A stretch of DNA of 64,000 nucleotides from Pseudomonadota bacterium (GTDB taxonomy: Bacteria > Pseudomonadota > Gammaproteobacteria > Burkholderiales > Gallionellaceae): assembly GCA_021783995.1 (NCBI GenBank), contig JAJXTH010000005.1:12592-76591 (forward strand), given 5' to 3'. Below the pieces are notes generated by a model. That model was not told where the DNA came from. It was given only the letters and a program-made list of their open reading frames with translations, and did no database searches. Below are positions 36,634 to 44,094 of the stretch, in pieces. The stretch's first letter is position 1. Every line of letters starts with the position of its first letter. The position numbers and the translations under genes were made by a program.

Positions 36634-36861
36634 TTACCCCGCAAGCGGAGGAGGGAAATTAAAAGGAATCGCAAAGCGAGTATCATGTTTACCATTCCGG
36701 CCGGGATTTATATAGAATACCGGCCGGGATTTTTCAACGTCGAACCCGTGGCAATGCTGACTCATTCGTTGCTGTCATTCCTGCCCATGCGGGAATCCAT
36801 TCATGATGAAGATGGAAATGAATAATTCAGCGTTTCTTTAAGACAGGCAAGGAGAAGCAAA

Positions 36862-37269
36862 GTGCTTATCCAGAATACCTCCAGCGCAACACCCCAACCG
36901 GCCGTGGCCAGCAATGCGCCTGCCCCGCAGGCCTCGCCCGTCTTGCAGACATTGCAGGCCGTTCAGCCAGCGCCATCCGTGCAGACGTCACCCACCGCAG
37001 CGCAACTGCAGCGCGCAATACAGAACACCAATCAGGCGATGCAGGATGCCGGCAAGAGTCTCACGTTCAGCGTCGATCAGGCGACTCACGAGACCGTGGT
37101 CAAACTGACGGACACGCAGACCAACCAGGTGATAGGCCAGTTCCCGTCGAAACAGATGCTGGCGATATCTGAGGCTATCGGGCTGATGCAGGAGCAGCTG
37201 CAGCAGGCGTCAATTTCCAGGACGCCGGTGCAGACGGCGTCAGGTTTGCTGATTCAGCAGAAGGCTTAA
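36862..37269 (+). CDS. flaG: Flagellar protein FlaG
   Basis: 135 aa with a GTG start after the SD aaggagaag. LTFSVDQATHETVVKLTDTQTNQVIGQFPSKQML is the FlaG signature. It sits between fliC and fliD. Confidence 0.75.
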   Translation: MLIQNTSSATPQPAVASNAPAPQASPVLQTLQAVQPAPSVQTSPTAAQLQRAIQNTNQAMQDAGKSLTFSVDQATHETVVKLTDTQTNQVIGQFPSKQMLAISEAIGLMQEQLQQASISRTPVQTASGLLIQQKA

Positions 37270-37273
37270 CATC

Positions 37274-39286
37274 ATGTCATCATCAAGCAGCGTCAGCACC
37301 GCACCCACAATAGGAACCAGCGCGCTCAACGTGCCTTTGCTCGTGAGCCAATTGATGGCAACGGAGCAGTATCCGATCACCGCATTGCAAAATCAAACAG
37401 CCAGCTATCAGGCCAAGCTGTCCGCCATCGGACAGGTGCAAAGCGCGGTGTCCACTTTCCAGACCGCGCTGCAATCCCTGACCAGCGCCAGCAGTTTCCA
37501 GGCGGTCACGGCCACCGCATCCGATCCCACGGTGATGTCCGCGACCGCGCTGACCAGCGCCGCACCCGGCAGTTATTCCTTGACGGTGGCGAACCTCGCG
37601 CAGTCGCAGAACCTGGTCGCAGCAGGCCAGACCAGCCTGTCCACTGCGATAGGCTCGGGTGCGACCACCACGCTGTCATTCGATTTCGGCACGATCAACG
37701 GCACGGCGACGGGCGGCGTCTACGGTGCCGGCACCACCTTCACATCGGCAGGCGGCGGCATCAAGACCGTCACGATAAACAGCTCGAACAACTCGCTGCA
37801 GGGCATACGCGATGCGATCAATGCGGCCAACATCGGCGTTAATGCCAGCATCGTCAACGATGGCAGCAGCACGCCATACCGTCTTGTGCTGACATCCAGC
37901 AACACCGGTGCGGCGAACAGCATGAAGATATCTGTGTCTGGAGACGCGACAATAAGCTCCCTGCTCTCCTACGATCCGACTTCGACCACGGGACAGGACC
38001 TGAATCAGTCTCTCGCGGCGCTCAATGCGAACATCACCGTCAACGGCATCTCCGCGAGCAAGGCATCGAACATCATATCGGACGTCATACCCGGCGTGAC
38101 GGTGAACCTGACCAAGCCCTCCGCAACGCCCGTCACGCTGACGGTAGCTCCAGATACCGCCACCGTCACCAAGAACGTGAACAGTTTCGTGTCGGCCTAC
38201 AATGCGCTGTCGACCACGCTGGCGAAGATGACGGCTTATGATCCTTCCACGCAAACGGCCGCCATCCTGCAGGGGAATCTTGCGATACTCAACATCAAGT
38301 CCGACCTGAACGGCTTGCTCAATACGCCGGCGCAAGGCGCGGGATCGCTGAACAGCCTGGCGCAGATAGGCATCAATTCGCAGCCCGATGGCACACTGTC
38401 GGTCAACAGCGGCCTGCTTGCCACGGCCCTGCAGAACAACTTCAAGGATGTCGCAGGATTGTTTGCCGCAACAGGCAGCGCCTCGGACAGCCTGGTCACC
38501 TACAATTCCTACACCAACAGCACGCAGCCCGGCACCTATCCCTTGAGCATCTCGCATCTTGCCACACAGGGCAGCCTGACGGGCTCCGCCGCGCCGGGGT
38601 TGACCATCACCGCAGGCGTCAACGACACGGTCAACATGGCCGTGAACGGTACCAGCGTCACACTCACGATACCGCCTGCGACCTATTCGAGTTCTCAGGC
38701 GCTGGCCACCGAAATCCAGTCGCTGCTCAACGGATCGAGCGCGATGTCGGCGGCAGGCATAAGCATCTCTGCCAGCATCAACGCATCGGGCAACCTTGCC
38801 ATCACCACCAACAATTACGGCAGCGCCTACAGCGTGGGACTCAACGGCGGAAACGGCGCTGCAAACCTGTTTGGCGGCGCGCCTGTTGCCCTTTCGGGAA
38901 CGGACGTTCAGGGCACCATCAACGGAGCAGGTGCCAACGGGGTCGGGCAGATGCTCACCTCGAGCAGCGGCAATTCGCAGGGCCTGTCGATATTGGTGTC
39001 AGGAGGCACGACAGGCTCGCGCGGCACGGTCAGCTATTCGAACGGCTACGCCTATACGATCAACAATTATCTGACTTCGCTGCTCTCCAGTAGCGGCTCG
39101 CTGACTGCCAGCACCAATGAACTCAACACGAACATCAGCGACGCTGCAAAGCAGATTGCCGCGCTTCAGCAGGGGCTGATTGCCAAGCAGGCGATGTACA
39201 CGGCCCAATATACCGCACTGAACACCATAATGACCACCATGACTAGCACCAGTGCCTTTCTGACCCAGCAACTCTCCAAGTTATAG
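37274..39286 (+). CDS. fliD: Flagellar filament cap protein, long form (670 aa)
   Basis: The N-terminal (GTSALNVPLLVSQLMATEQYPI..YQAKLSAIG) and C-terminal (ALQQGLIAKQAMYTAQYTALNTIMTTMTSTSAFLTQQL) FliD domains are present. A flagellin-IN-like motif is also present (LQGIRDAINAANIGVNASIV). Confidence 0.9.
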   Translation: MSSSSSVSTAPTIGTSALNVPLLVSQLMATEQYPITALQNQTASYQAKLSAIGQVQSAVSTFQTALQSLTSASSFQAVTATASDPTVMSATALTSAAPGSYSLTVANLAQSQNLVAAGQTSLSTAIGSGATTTLSFDFGTINGTATGGVYGAGTTFTSAGGGIKTVTINSSNNSLQGIRDAINAANIGVNASIVNDGSSTPYRLVLTSSNTGAANSMKISVSGDATISSLLSYDPTSTTGQDLNQSLAALNANITVNGISASKASNIISDVIPGVTVNLTKPSATPVTLTVAPDTATVTKNVNSFVSAYNALSTTLAKMTAYDPSTQTAAILQGNLAILNIKSDLNGLLNTPAQGAGSLNSLAQIGINSQPDGTLSVNSGLLATALQNNFKDVAGLFAATGSASDSLVTYNSYTNSTQPGTYPLSISHLATQGSLTGSAAPGLTITAGVNDTVNMAVNGTSVTLTIPPATYSSSQALATEIQSLLNGSSAMSAAGISISASINASGNLAITTNNYGSAYSVGLNGGNGAANLFGGAPVALSGTDVQGTINGAGANGVGQMLTSSSGNSQGLSILVSGGTTGSRGTVSYSNGYAYTINNYLTSLLSSSGSLTASTNELNTNISDAAKQIAALQQGLIAKQAMYTAQYTALNTIMTTMTSTSAFLTQQLSKL

Positions 39287-39295
39287 GACATCATC

Positions 39296-39757
39296 ATGAT
39301 TACTCATGCTGCAATCAATGCATACAACAAGGTCGGCATCGATACCGGTGTTGTTTCGGCCGACCCGCACAAGTTGATCTCCCTGCTCTATCAGGGTGCG
39401 CTGCTTGCGATCGCCAACGCGAAAAGCAGCATCCTGCGCAAGGATGTTGCAGGCAGGGGGAAGGCCATCTCGCACGCGATCCTGATCATAGACAGCGGGC
39501 TCAATGCAAGTCTCAACAAGGATGTCGGCGGCGATCTGGCGCTCAATCTCGCCGCACTCTACGAATACATGAGCCACCGGTTGCTGGCCGCCAACATCAA
39601 CAGCGACACCGCCGCGCTCGACGAGGTTGCCAAACTGCTCAACGAGCTGAAGGAAGCCTGGGAGTCCATACGCCCTCATGCTGCAGCGGCAGAAGTGCCT
39701 GTCCCGCCTGTCACAAGGCCCGCACAAGCCGAGCAACTGACATACGCGAGAGGCTGA
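39296..39757 (+). CDS. fliS: Flagellin-specific chaperone FliS
   Basis: 153 aa. AYNKVGIDTGVVSADPHKLISLLYQGAL...ALNLAALYEYM is the typical FliS four-helix pattern. Confidence 0.88.
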   Translation: MITHAAINAYNKVGIDTGVVSADPHKLISLLYQGALLAIANAKSSILRKDVAGRGKAISHAILIIDSGLNASLNKDVGGDLALNLAALYEYMSHRLLAANINSDTAALDEVAKLLNELKEAWESIRPHAAAAEVPVPPVTRPAQAEQLTYARG

Positions 39758-39761
39758 CTGG

Positions 39762-40082
39762 ATGGATGCGCGGCAGTCCCTGTTGGATTATGAATCGCTC
39801 GCCATACTGGCTGCGCAGATGCGCACCTTCGCCAGTCGCGGGGAATGGGACAGGCTGATCGAGCTCGAACCGCAGTACAACGAGCGCATCGCAGGCATGG
39901 CAGATGTCGATGAAATGCCCGATGAAGCAGCCAGGCTACGCATGGTTGAGTTGCTGAAAAAAATACTTTCGGATGATGCAAAGATCCGCAGCGAGACCGA
40001 GACCTGGATGAAACAACTGAAAGTCATCATGAAAAGCAACCAGCAGTCGCAGCTTCTGAACAAGGCTTACGGCGGGATATAG
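39762..40082 (+). CDS. fliT: Probable FliT export chaperone
   Basis: 106-aa acidic helical protein directly after fliS. The call rests on position, size and composition only. Confidence 0.5.
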   Translation: MDARQSLLDYESLAILAAQMRTFASRGEWDRLIELEPQYNERIAGMADVDEMPDEAARLRMVELLKKILSDDAKIRSETETWMKQLKVIMKSNQQSQLLNKAYGGI

Positions 40083-40182
40083 CCCCTCTCCCCCGCCCCT
40101 CTCCCCGAGGGAGAGGGAATAAAACTGGGGCCGCACCTCTCACTGAGGAGAGGGGAAGAAAAGACGAGTCACTCTGCCCTCA

Positions 40183-40398
40183 GTGAAAGGGATAATTCTG
40201 GGGTCACCCTCTTCTATGATCATCGAGATTGACGGCGGACAGCATACCGAGCAGGTCGAGCACGATCGGAAGCGCGATGCCTGGCTAGGCAGTCAGGGAT
40301 ATACGGTATTACGGTTTTGGAACAACGACGTCATGCAGCATTTGGAAAGCGTTCTGGAGCAGATACGCCTTGCCCTCTCCGGCAAGCAGGCCGGATGA
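40183..40398 (+). pseudogene. DUF559 (Vsr-like endonuclease fold) C-terminal remnant
   Basis: MIIEIDGGQHTEQVEHDRKRDAWLGSQGYTVLRFWNNDVMQHLESVLEQI matches only the C-terminal half of DUF559 proteins. I found no upstream N-terminal half in any frame. GC-rich hairpins precede it. Confidence 0.6.
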
Positions 40399-40428
40399 AA
40401 AATGCTGACAGGTAATTGAGGATCGCTC

Positions 40429-41625
40429 ATGCAGCCCGCAAGCCCGATCAACAGCACACAGGGAAGACCCGTCGCAGCCGCGACCGCGCTCTCGCAGGCG
40501 GAAAGTACTGCCGTTTCACAGGTCGTGAGCGAGAGCACTGCTGCCATCAAATTCGAAGTCGGCCAGCAGATCCAGGCCACCATACAGGAACAGGTGAGCC
40601 CCGGACTATACAAGGTGCAGATCGCGGGCCAAAGCATGCAATTGCAGTTGCCCGGGCAGATCAAGGTCGGTAGCCAGATCGCGCTGCAGGTCCTGTCCAC
40701 CAGCCCCCGCCTTTCCTTCGGCGTAACCTCATCAAGTGCGCCGATCTCGACCGCGGAAGAACTCAGCTCGACTTCCCGCCTGCTCTCCAACCTGACACAG
40801 CAGGCCCCGTCAAAAACGCTCGTCGAATCCGCTTCCGGCAAGGCTGTCTGGCCAAGCGCGGATACGGCTCCAGAAACGGTGAAACTGGCCGTCGCGCTGA
40901 AAGACGCGCTGGCCAACAGCGGCCTGTTCTACGAATCTCATCAGGCGCAATGGGTCGCAGGAAAACTCAGCACGGCGCAACTTCTCACGGAGCCGCAAAA
41001 CCAGCTGGTCCAGGTTGCAACGAACAGTCAGCCCGCGCCCCCTGGAACAGGGACTGTGCCGGCTCAACCAGAGCCAGGACGCGCGGCAGCGGTCAAGCCT
41101 GATACCCCTGCCGCAGCCCTTCAGCAATCAAGCACGGGTATTGCGGAGGCGCAGCCCAGGGGCGCGGCGACAGGCGCACCTTCGGATATGCCATCCAGCC
41201 CGACATCGAATGCATCGCCAAATGCGATTTCGAATTCGAATTCGACTTCGAGCGCACCGTTTCCGATCGCGAAGGAGTTGATCCCGCTTGTGCAGCAGCA
41301 ACTGCACACGCTGGAGACGCATCAGCTTGCCTGGTCAGGTCAGGTCTGGCCCAACCAGCAGATGCAGTGGGAAATCCAGGGAGAGCCCGAGCATCGTTCG
41401 AGCCACCCTGACGAGCGTCAGTGGCACACCGAGATGCAGCTCGATCTTCCCCGCCTGGGCGACGTGAAGGCGAGCCTTACCTTTCATCAGGGCGCGGTCA
41501 GGATTGCACTCTATGCCGGAAACACAGATGCGCGCACCCTCTTCGATCGCCGCCTTCCCGAGCTTGCAACGGCGATGAAGAGTGCGGGCATCCCCCTGTC
41601 CTCCGCCGTCGTGGAGAAATCATGA
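40429..41625 (+). CDS. FliK-like protein (C-terminal hook-length-control/T3S4-like domain), second copy in the window
   Basis: 398 aa with an Ala/Pro/Ser/Thr/Gln-rich middle. The C-terminus WHTEMQLDLPRLGDVKASLTFHQGAVRIALYAGNTDARTLFDRRLPELATAMKSAGIPLSSAVV follows the Flg_hook pattern seen in FliK. Confidence 0.6.
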   Translation: MQPASPINSTQGRPVAAATALSQAESTAVSQVVSESTAAIKFEVGQQIQATIQEQVSPGLYKVQIAGQSMQLQLPGQIKVGSQIALQVLSTSPRLSFGVTSSSAPISTAEELSSTSRLLSNLTQQAPSKTLVESASGKAVWPSADTAPETVKLAVALKDALANSGLFYESHQAQWVAGKLSTAQLLTEPQNQLVQVATNSQPAPPGTGTVPAQPEPGRAAAVKPDTPAAALQQSSTGIAEAQPRGAATGAPSDMPSSPTSNASPNAISNSNSTSSAPFPIAKELIPLVQQQLHTLETHQLAWSGQVWPNQQMQWEIQGEPEHRSSHPDERQWHTEMQLDLPRLGDVKASLTFHQGAVRIALYAGNTDARTLFDRRLPELATAMKSAGIPLSSAVVEKS

Positions 41626-41912
41626 CCACGAACAGACAGGCGGCGATCGCGCTGGCATACGGGCAAGGGGATGGCGCGCCCAAGGTCGTCGCCAAGGGGC
41701 GCGGCCTGATCGCGCAGGCGATCATCGAGCGCGCAAAGCAAAGCGGGGTCTATGTGCACGAATCCGCAGATCTGGTGGGCCTTCTGATGCAGGTGGAGCT
41801 GGATCAGCAGATCCCGCCGCAGCTTTATCTTGCAGTCGCCGAACTGCTGGCCTGGATATACCGTCTGGAGCATGAGGAACATGGCTCATTTCCGCCGATC
41901 AAGAAACCCTAA
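41622..41912 (+). CDS. Stand-alone FlhB C-terminal (CC subdomain)-like protein, EscU/YscU/HrcU family
   Basis: MTTNRQAAIALAYGQGDGAPKVVAKGRGLIAQAIIERAKQSGVYVHESADLVGLLMQVELDQQIPPQLYLAVAELLAWIYRL. It begins where FlhB would resume after the NPTH cleavage site, and no NPTH is present. ATGA overlap with the upstream stop codon. Confidence 0.7.
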   Translation: MTTNRQAAIALAYGQGDGAPKVVAKGRGLIAQAIIERAKQSGVYVHESADLVGLLMQVELDQQIPPQLYLAVAELLAWIYRLEHEEHGSFPPIKKP

Positions 41913-41954
41913 TTTTGCTATCATGCAGGGCAATTCATACGGTCGCATCCCAGC

Positions 41955-42704
41955 ATGGAAAAGGACATACCGCTCAAGATCGAGATTCTGACAAGCAAGG
42001 AAGATGATCGATACCGCATCACGACGCCCCGGGAGATAGACTTTTTCCTGCAGAATCTCGTGAAGAATGCATCGCGCATCGCACTCTATGCATCCGAGTC
42101 TGACGACTTCATACTGACCACGCTGCTGAAAGCGGATGCGACCGGCCTTTGGCTCGAGCAGAGCAGAAACCCGCACGAGAACATGCGACTCTTGAAGAAC
42201 GAAAGGCTGATCTTCGTGAGTTCGCATGCGCAGATCAAGTTGCAGTTCATATCAGGAAAGGCAACATTGTCGACGCTTGAAGGCCAGCCTGCGTTGTTCC
42301 TGCCGTTTCCAAAAAGTTTGCACCGGTTGCAGCGCCGCGAATACTATCGTCTGACGGCGCCTGTCGAAAATCCCCTGAATTGCGTGATCCCGCATGCGGA
42401 GAAGAGCGCGTTTCACGAAGCGACCATCATGGACATCAGCGGCGGCGGGGTGGGTCTTACCTGCACGGAACAGGACACGCTGCTGGCTCCCGGTAAGCGT
42501 TATACGAATTGCCGGATCAGCCTGCCCGACATCGGCGAACTGAACGGCACGATAGAGGTCAAAAATCTGGTTGTGCTTTCGACCCCGGATGGCAGGACAT
42601 TGCGGCGCGCCGGATGCGAATTCAGGGGGCTGGATGGCGCTGCGATGATACTGCTGCAGCGCTATGTCACCGCGATGCAGCGCAACAGGAACGATCCACC
42701 TTAA
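41955..42704 (+). CDS. ycgR: Flagellar brake protein YcgR (YcgR-N + PilZ)
   Basis: 249 aa with PilZ c-di-GMP motifs RREYYR and DISGGG. Confidence 0.82.
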   Translation: MEKDIPLKIEILTSKEDDRYRITTPREIDFFLQNLVKNASRIALYASESDDFILTTLLKADATGLWLEQSRNPHENMRLLKNERLIFVSSHAQIKLQFISGKATLSTLEGQPALFLPFPKSLHRLQRREYYRLTAPVENPLNCVIPHAEKSAFHEATIMDISGGGVGLTCTEQDTLLAPGKRYTNCRISLPDIGELNGTIEVKNLVVLSTPDGRTLRRAGCEFRGLDGAAMILLQRYVTAMQRNRNDPP

Positions 42705-42778
42705 CACCGCAGTGCAAGCCACAAAACGCACATACTGCGGGTCATACGATTTATCCGCGATCCGTTACACGCATACGA

Positions 42779-43257
42779 TCACACCCAGCCACGCTGCTCG
42801 ATTTCGGAAATCAATTTATTGGCTGCGGCAATGAGCTCGGGCGCAAAGGAATGCCCGGTTTGCAGCGCATTGGCGAGTAAAACCGGATCCTCGACGTATT
42901 CGTGTATCATCTGATTTCTGAGGCTGCGCATAGACATCCATTCGTCAGCTGACTTGAACAAGCCCAGGCGTTCCGCGCGATCCAGATTGTCCAACGCGGA
43001 AGATACTTTTTCACCCAGGGCTGCCAGAACTTCTGGCAATAATTGTCTGCCACGGTACCCTGCAAGCGGCCAAACCTGCCCACAAAAGCTTCCACCCGTT
43101 CAGCCAAGTCAGGGTCGGTTTCGAGCCTTGCCACATCCTCCGGCGTAAACAAGGCTTTGAACAGACGGGTATCCGTGGTCGCCAAATGTTTGCACTCCTT
43201 GTTCACGACCCGGGCCAAGAATTGCAGGCGCAATGCATTCTTCGGCCCCACTGTCAT
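42779..43257 (-). pseudogene. hepT: HEPN-type (nucleotidyltransferase-substrate-binding-like) toxin gene split by a 1-nt frameshift
   Basis: ORF 42907-43257 ends its meaningful sequence at ...RFGRLQGTVAD. ORF 42779-43039 continues in another frame as LLPEVLAALGEKVSS...SLRNQMIHEY (an Rx4H HEPN motif). The junction is at about 43043-43045, where an AA run is one base short. Confidence 0.6.
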
Positions 43258-43574
43258 AACAATTGTCCTTCCCTGAATGCGATGTCGTGAATGGGCAAGC
43301 GCATAAGATTAGGCGCGCTTAGCAGCACGTCCACTTTTCGTCCCTGCATCGCGCGCGATACCCGGGCAGACAATTGCGCAGCGATCAATGCCGGATTACG
43401 CACAACATCCGTCAATTCCAGCAACAAATCGAGATCGCCCCCACGCGCTTCATCATCCAGCCTGGAGCCAAAAACACGCACACTACAATGCTCACCCGCA
43501 ATCTCCCTGGCAAGTTGACGAATCGCCTGAGCCTGTTCATCGGTTAGTCTCACTATCGCCCCCTCGAATCTCAA
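43254..43574 (-). CDS. mntA: Minimal nucleotidyltransferase (MNT-type antitoxin)
   Basis: VFGSRLDDEARGGDLDLLL is a GS-X9-DxD motif. ATGA overlap with the HEPN gene. An alternative GTG start at 43553 follows the SD gaggggg. Confidence 0.75.
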   Translation of the reverse strand: MRFEGAIVRLTDEQAQAIRQLAREIAGEHCSVRVFGSRLDDEARGGDLDLLLELTDVVRNPALIAAQLSARVSRAMQGRKVDVLLSAPNLMRLPIHDIAFREGQLL

Positions 43575-43647
43575 AACCGTATATCACTTTACCGGATCAT
43601 ACCCAATTCACACGCGCCTTGTAGCCCCGACGATTTCATGCTGAGAC

Positions 43648-43971
43648 TTAAACCTGCATGTTCATGATGTCATTGTAAGCCTGAACGAGCTTGCTGCGCA
43701 CCTGAACGGCAGTCTGCAGGTTGATGCTTGCCTTCTGAACCGCGATCATGGTGTCGCTCAGGCTCACCTTGTCGTCCCCCATCAGGAACGCTTTCTGCAT
43801 GGTTTCTGAAGTCGCCTGGGATTGTGCCACTCCGTCGAGCGCATTCTTTAGCACCGAAGAAAAATTGGCCTGCTCAGGCGCAGCCTGAGCCGCCTGCGTG
43901 GAAAGGCCGGCCGCAGCCGCTGCGACGCGCATTTGCGCAAGCAACCCATCCATTGGCGATATGCTGTTCAT
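43648..43971 (-). CDS. fliE: Flagellar hook-basal body complex protein FliE
   Basis: 107 aa. FSSVLKNALDGV...LSDTMIAVQKASINLQTAVQVRSKLVQAYNDIMNMQV is the canonical FliE C-terminus. The gene is divergent from fliF. Confidence 0.9.
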   Translation of the reverse strand: MNSISPMDGLLAQMRVAAAAAGLSTQAAQAAPEQANFSSVLKNALDGVAQSQATSETMQKAFLMGDDKVSLSDTMIAVQKASINLQTAVQVRSKLVQAYNDIMNMQV

Positions 43972-44094
43972 TCATGACTCCTGTGTTGCATCTGACGGAA
44001 CGAACTGTAATCAAACCCGTGCGCACCGCATCAGAAGAACAGGCGCCGGATTTTCCCCCTATTCCTCCTTTCAAAAATCCGCATTGCGCGGATA

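Noticed and set aside
40083-40182. Repetitive CCTCTCC/GGAGAGG-rich stretch considered as a possible CRISPR or mobile-element end
   Set aside because: It contains only short self-complementary hairpins. There is no repeat-spacer periodicity and no flanking transposase or cas genes.
44040-44094. Possible sigma28-like TTTCAAAA-N11-GCGGATAA upstream of fliF
   Set aside because: The -10 half matches 7 of 8 positions but the -35 half does not resemble TAAAG. fliF operons are normally early-class, so the support is not strong enough to report.
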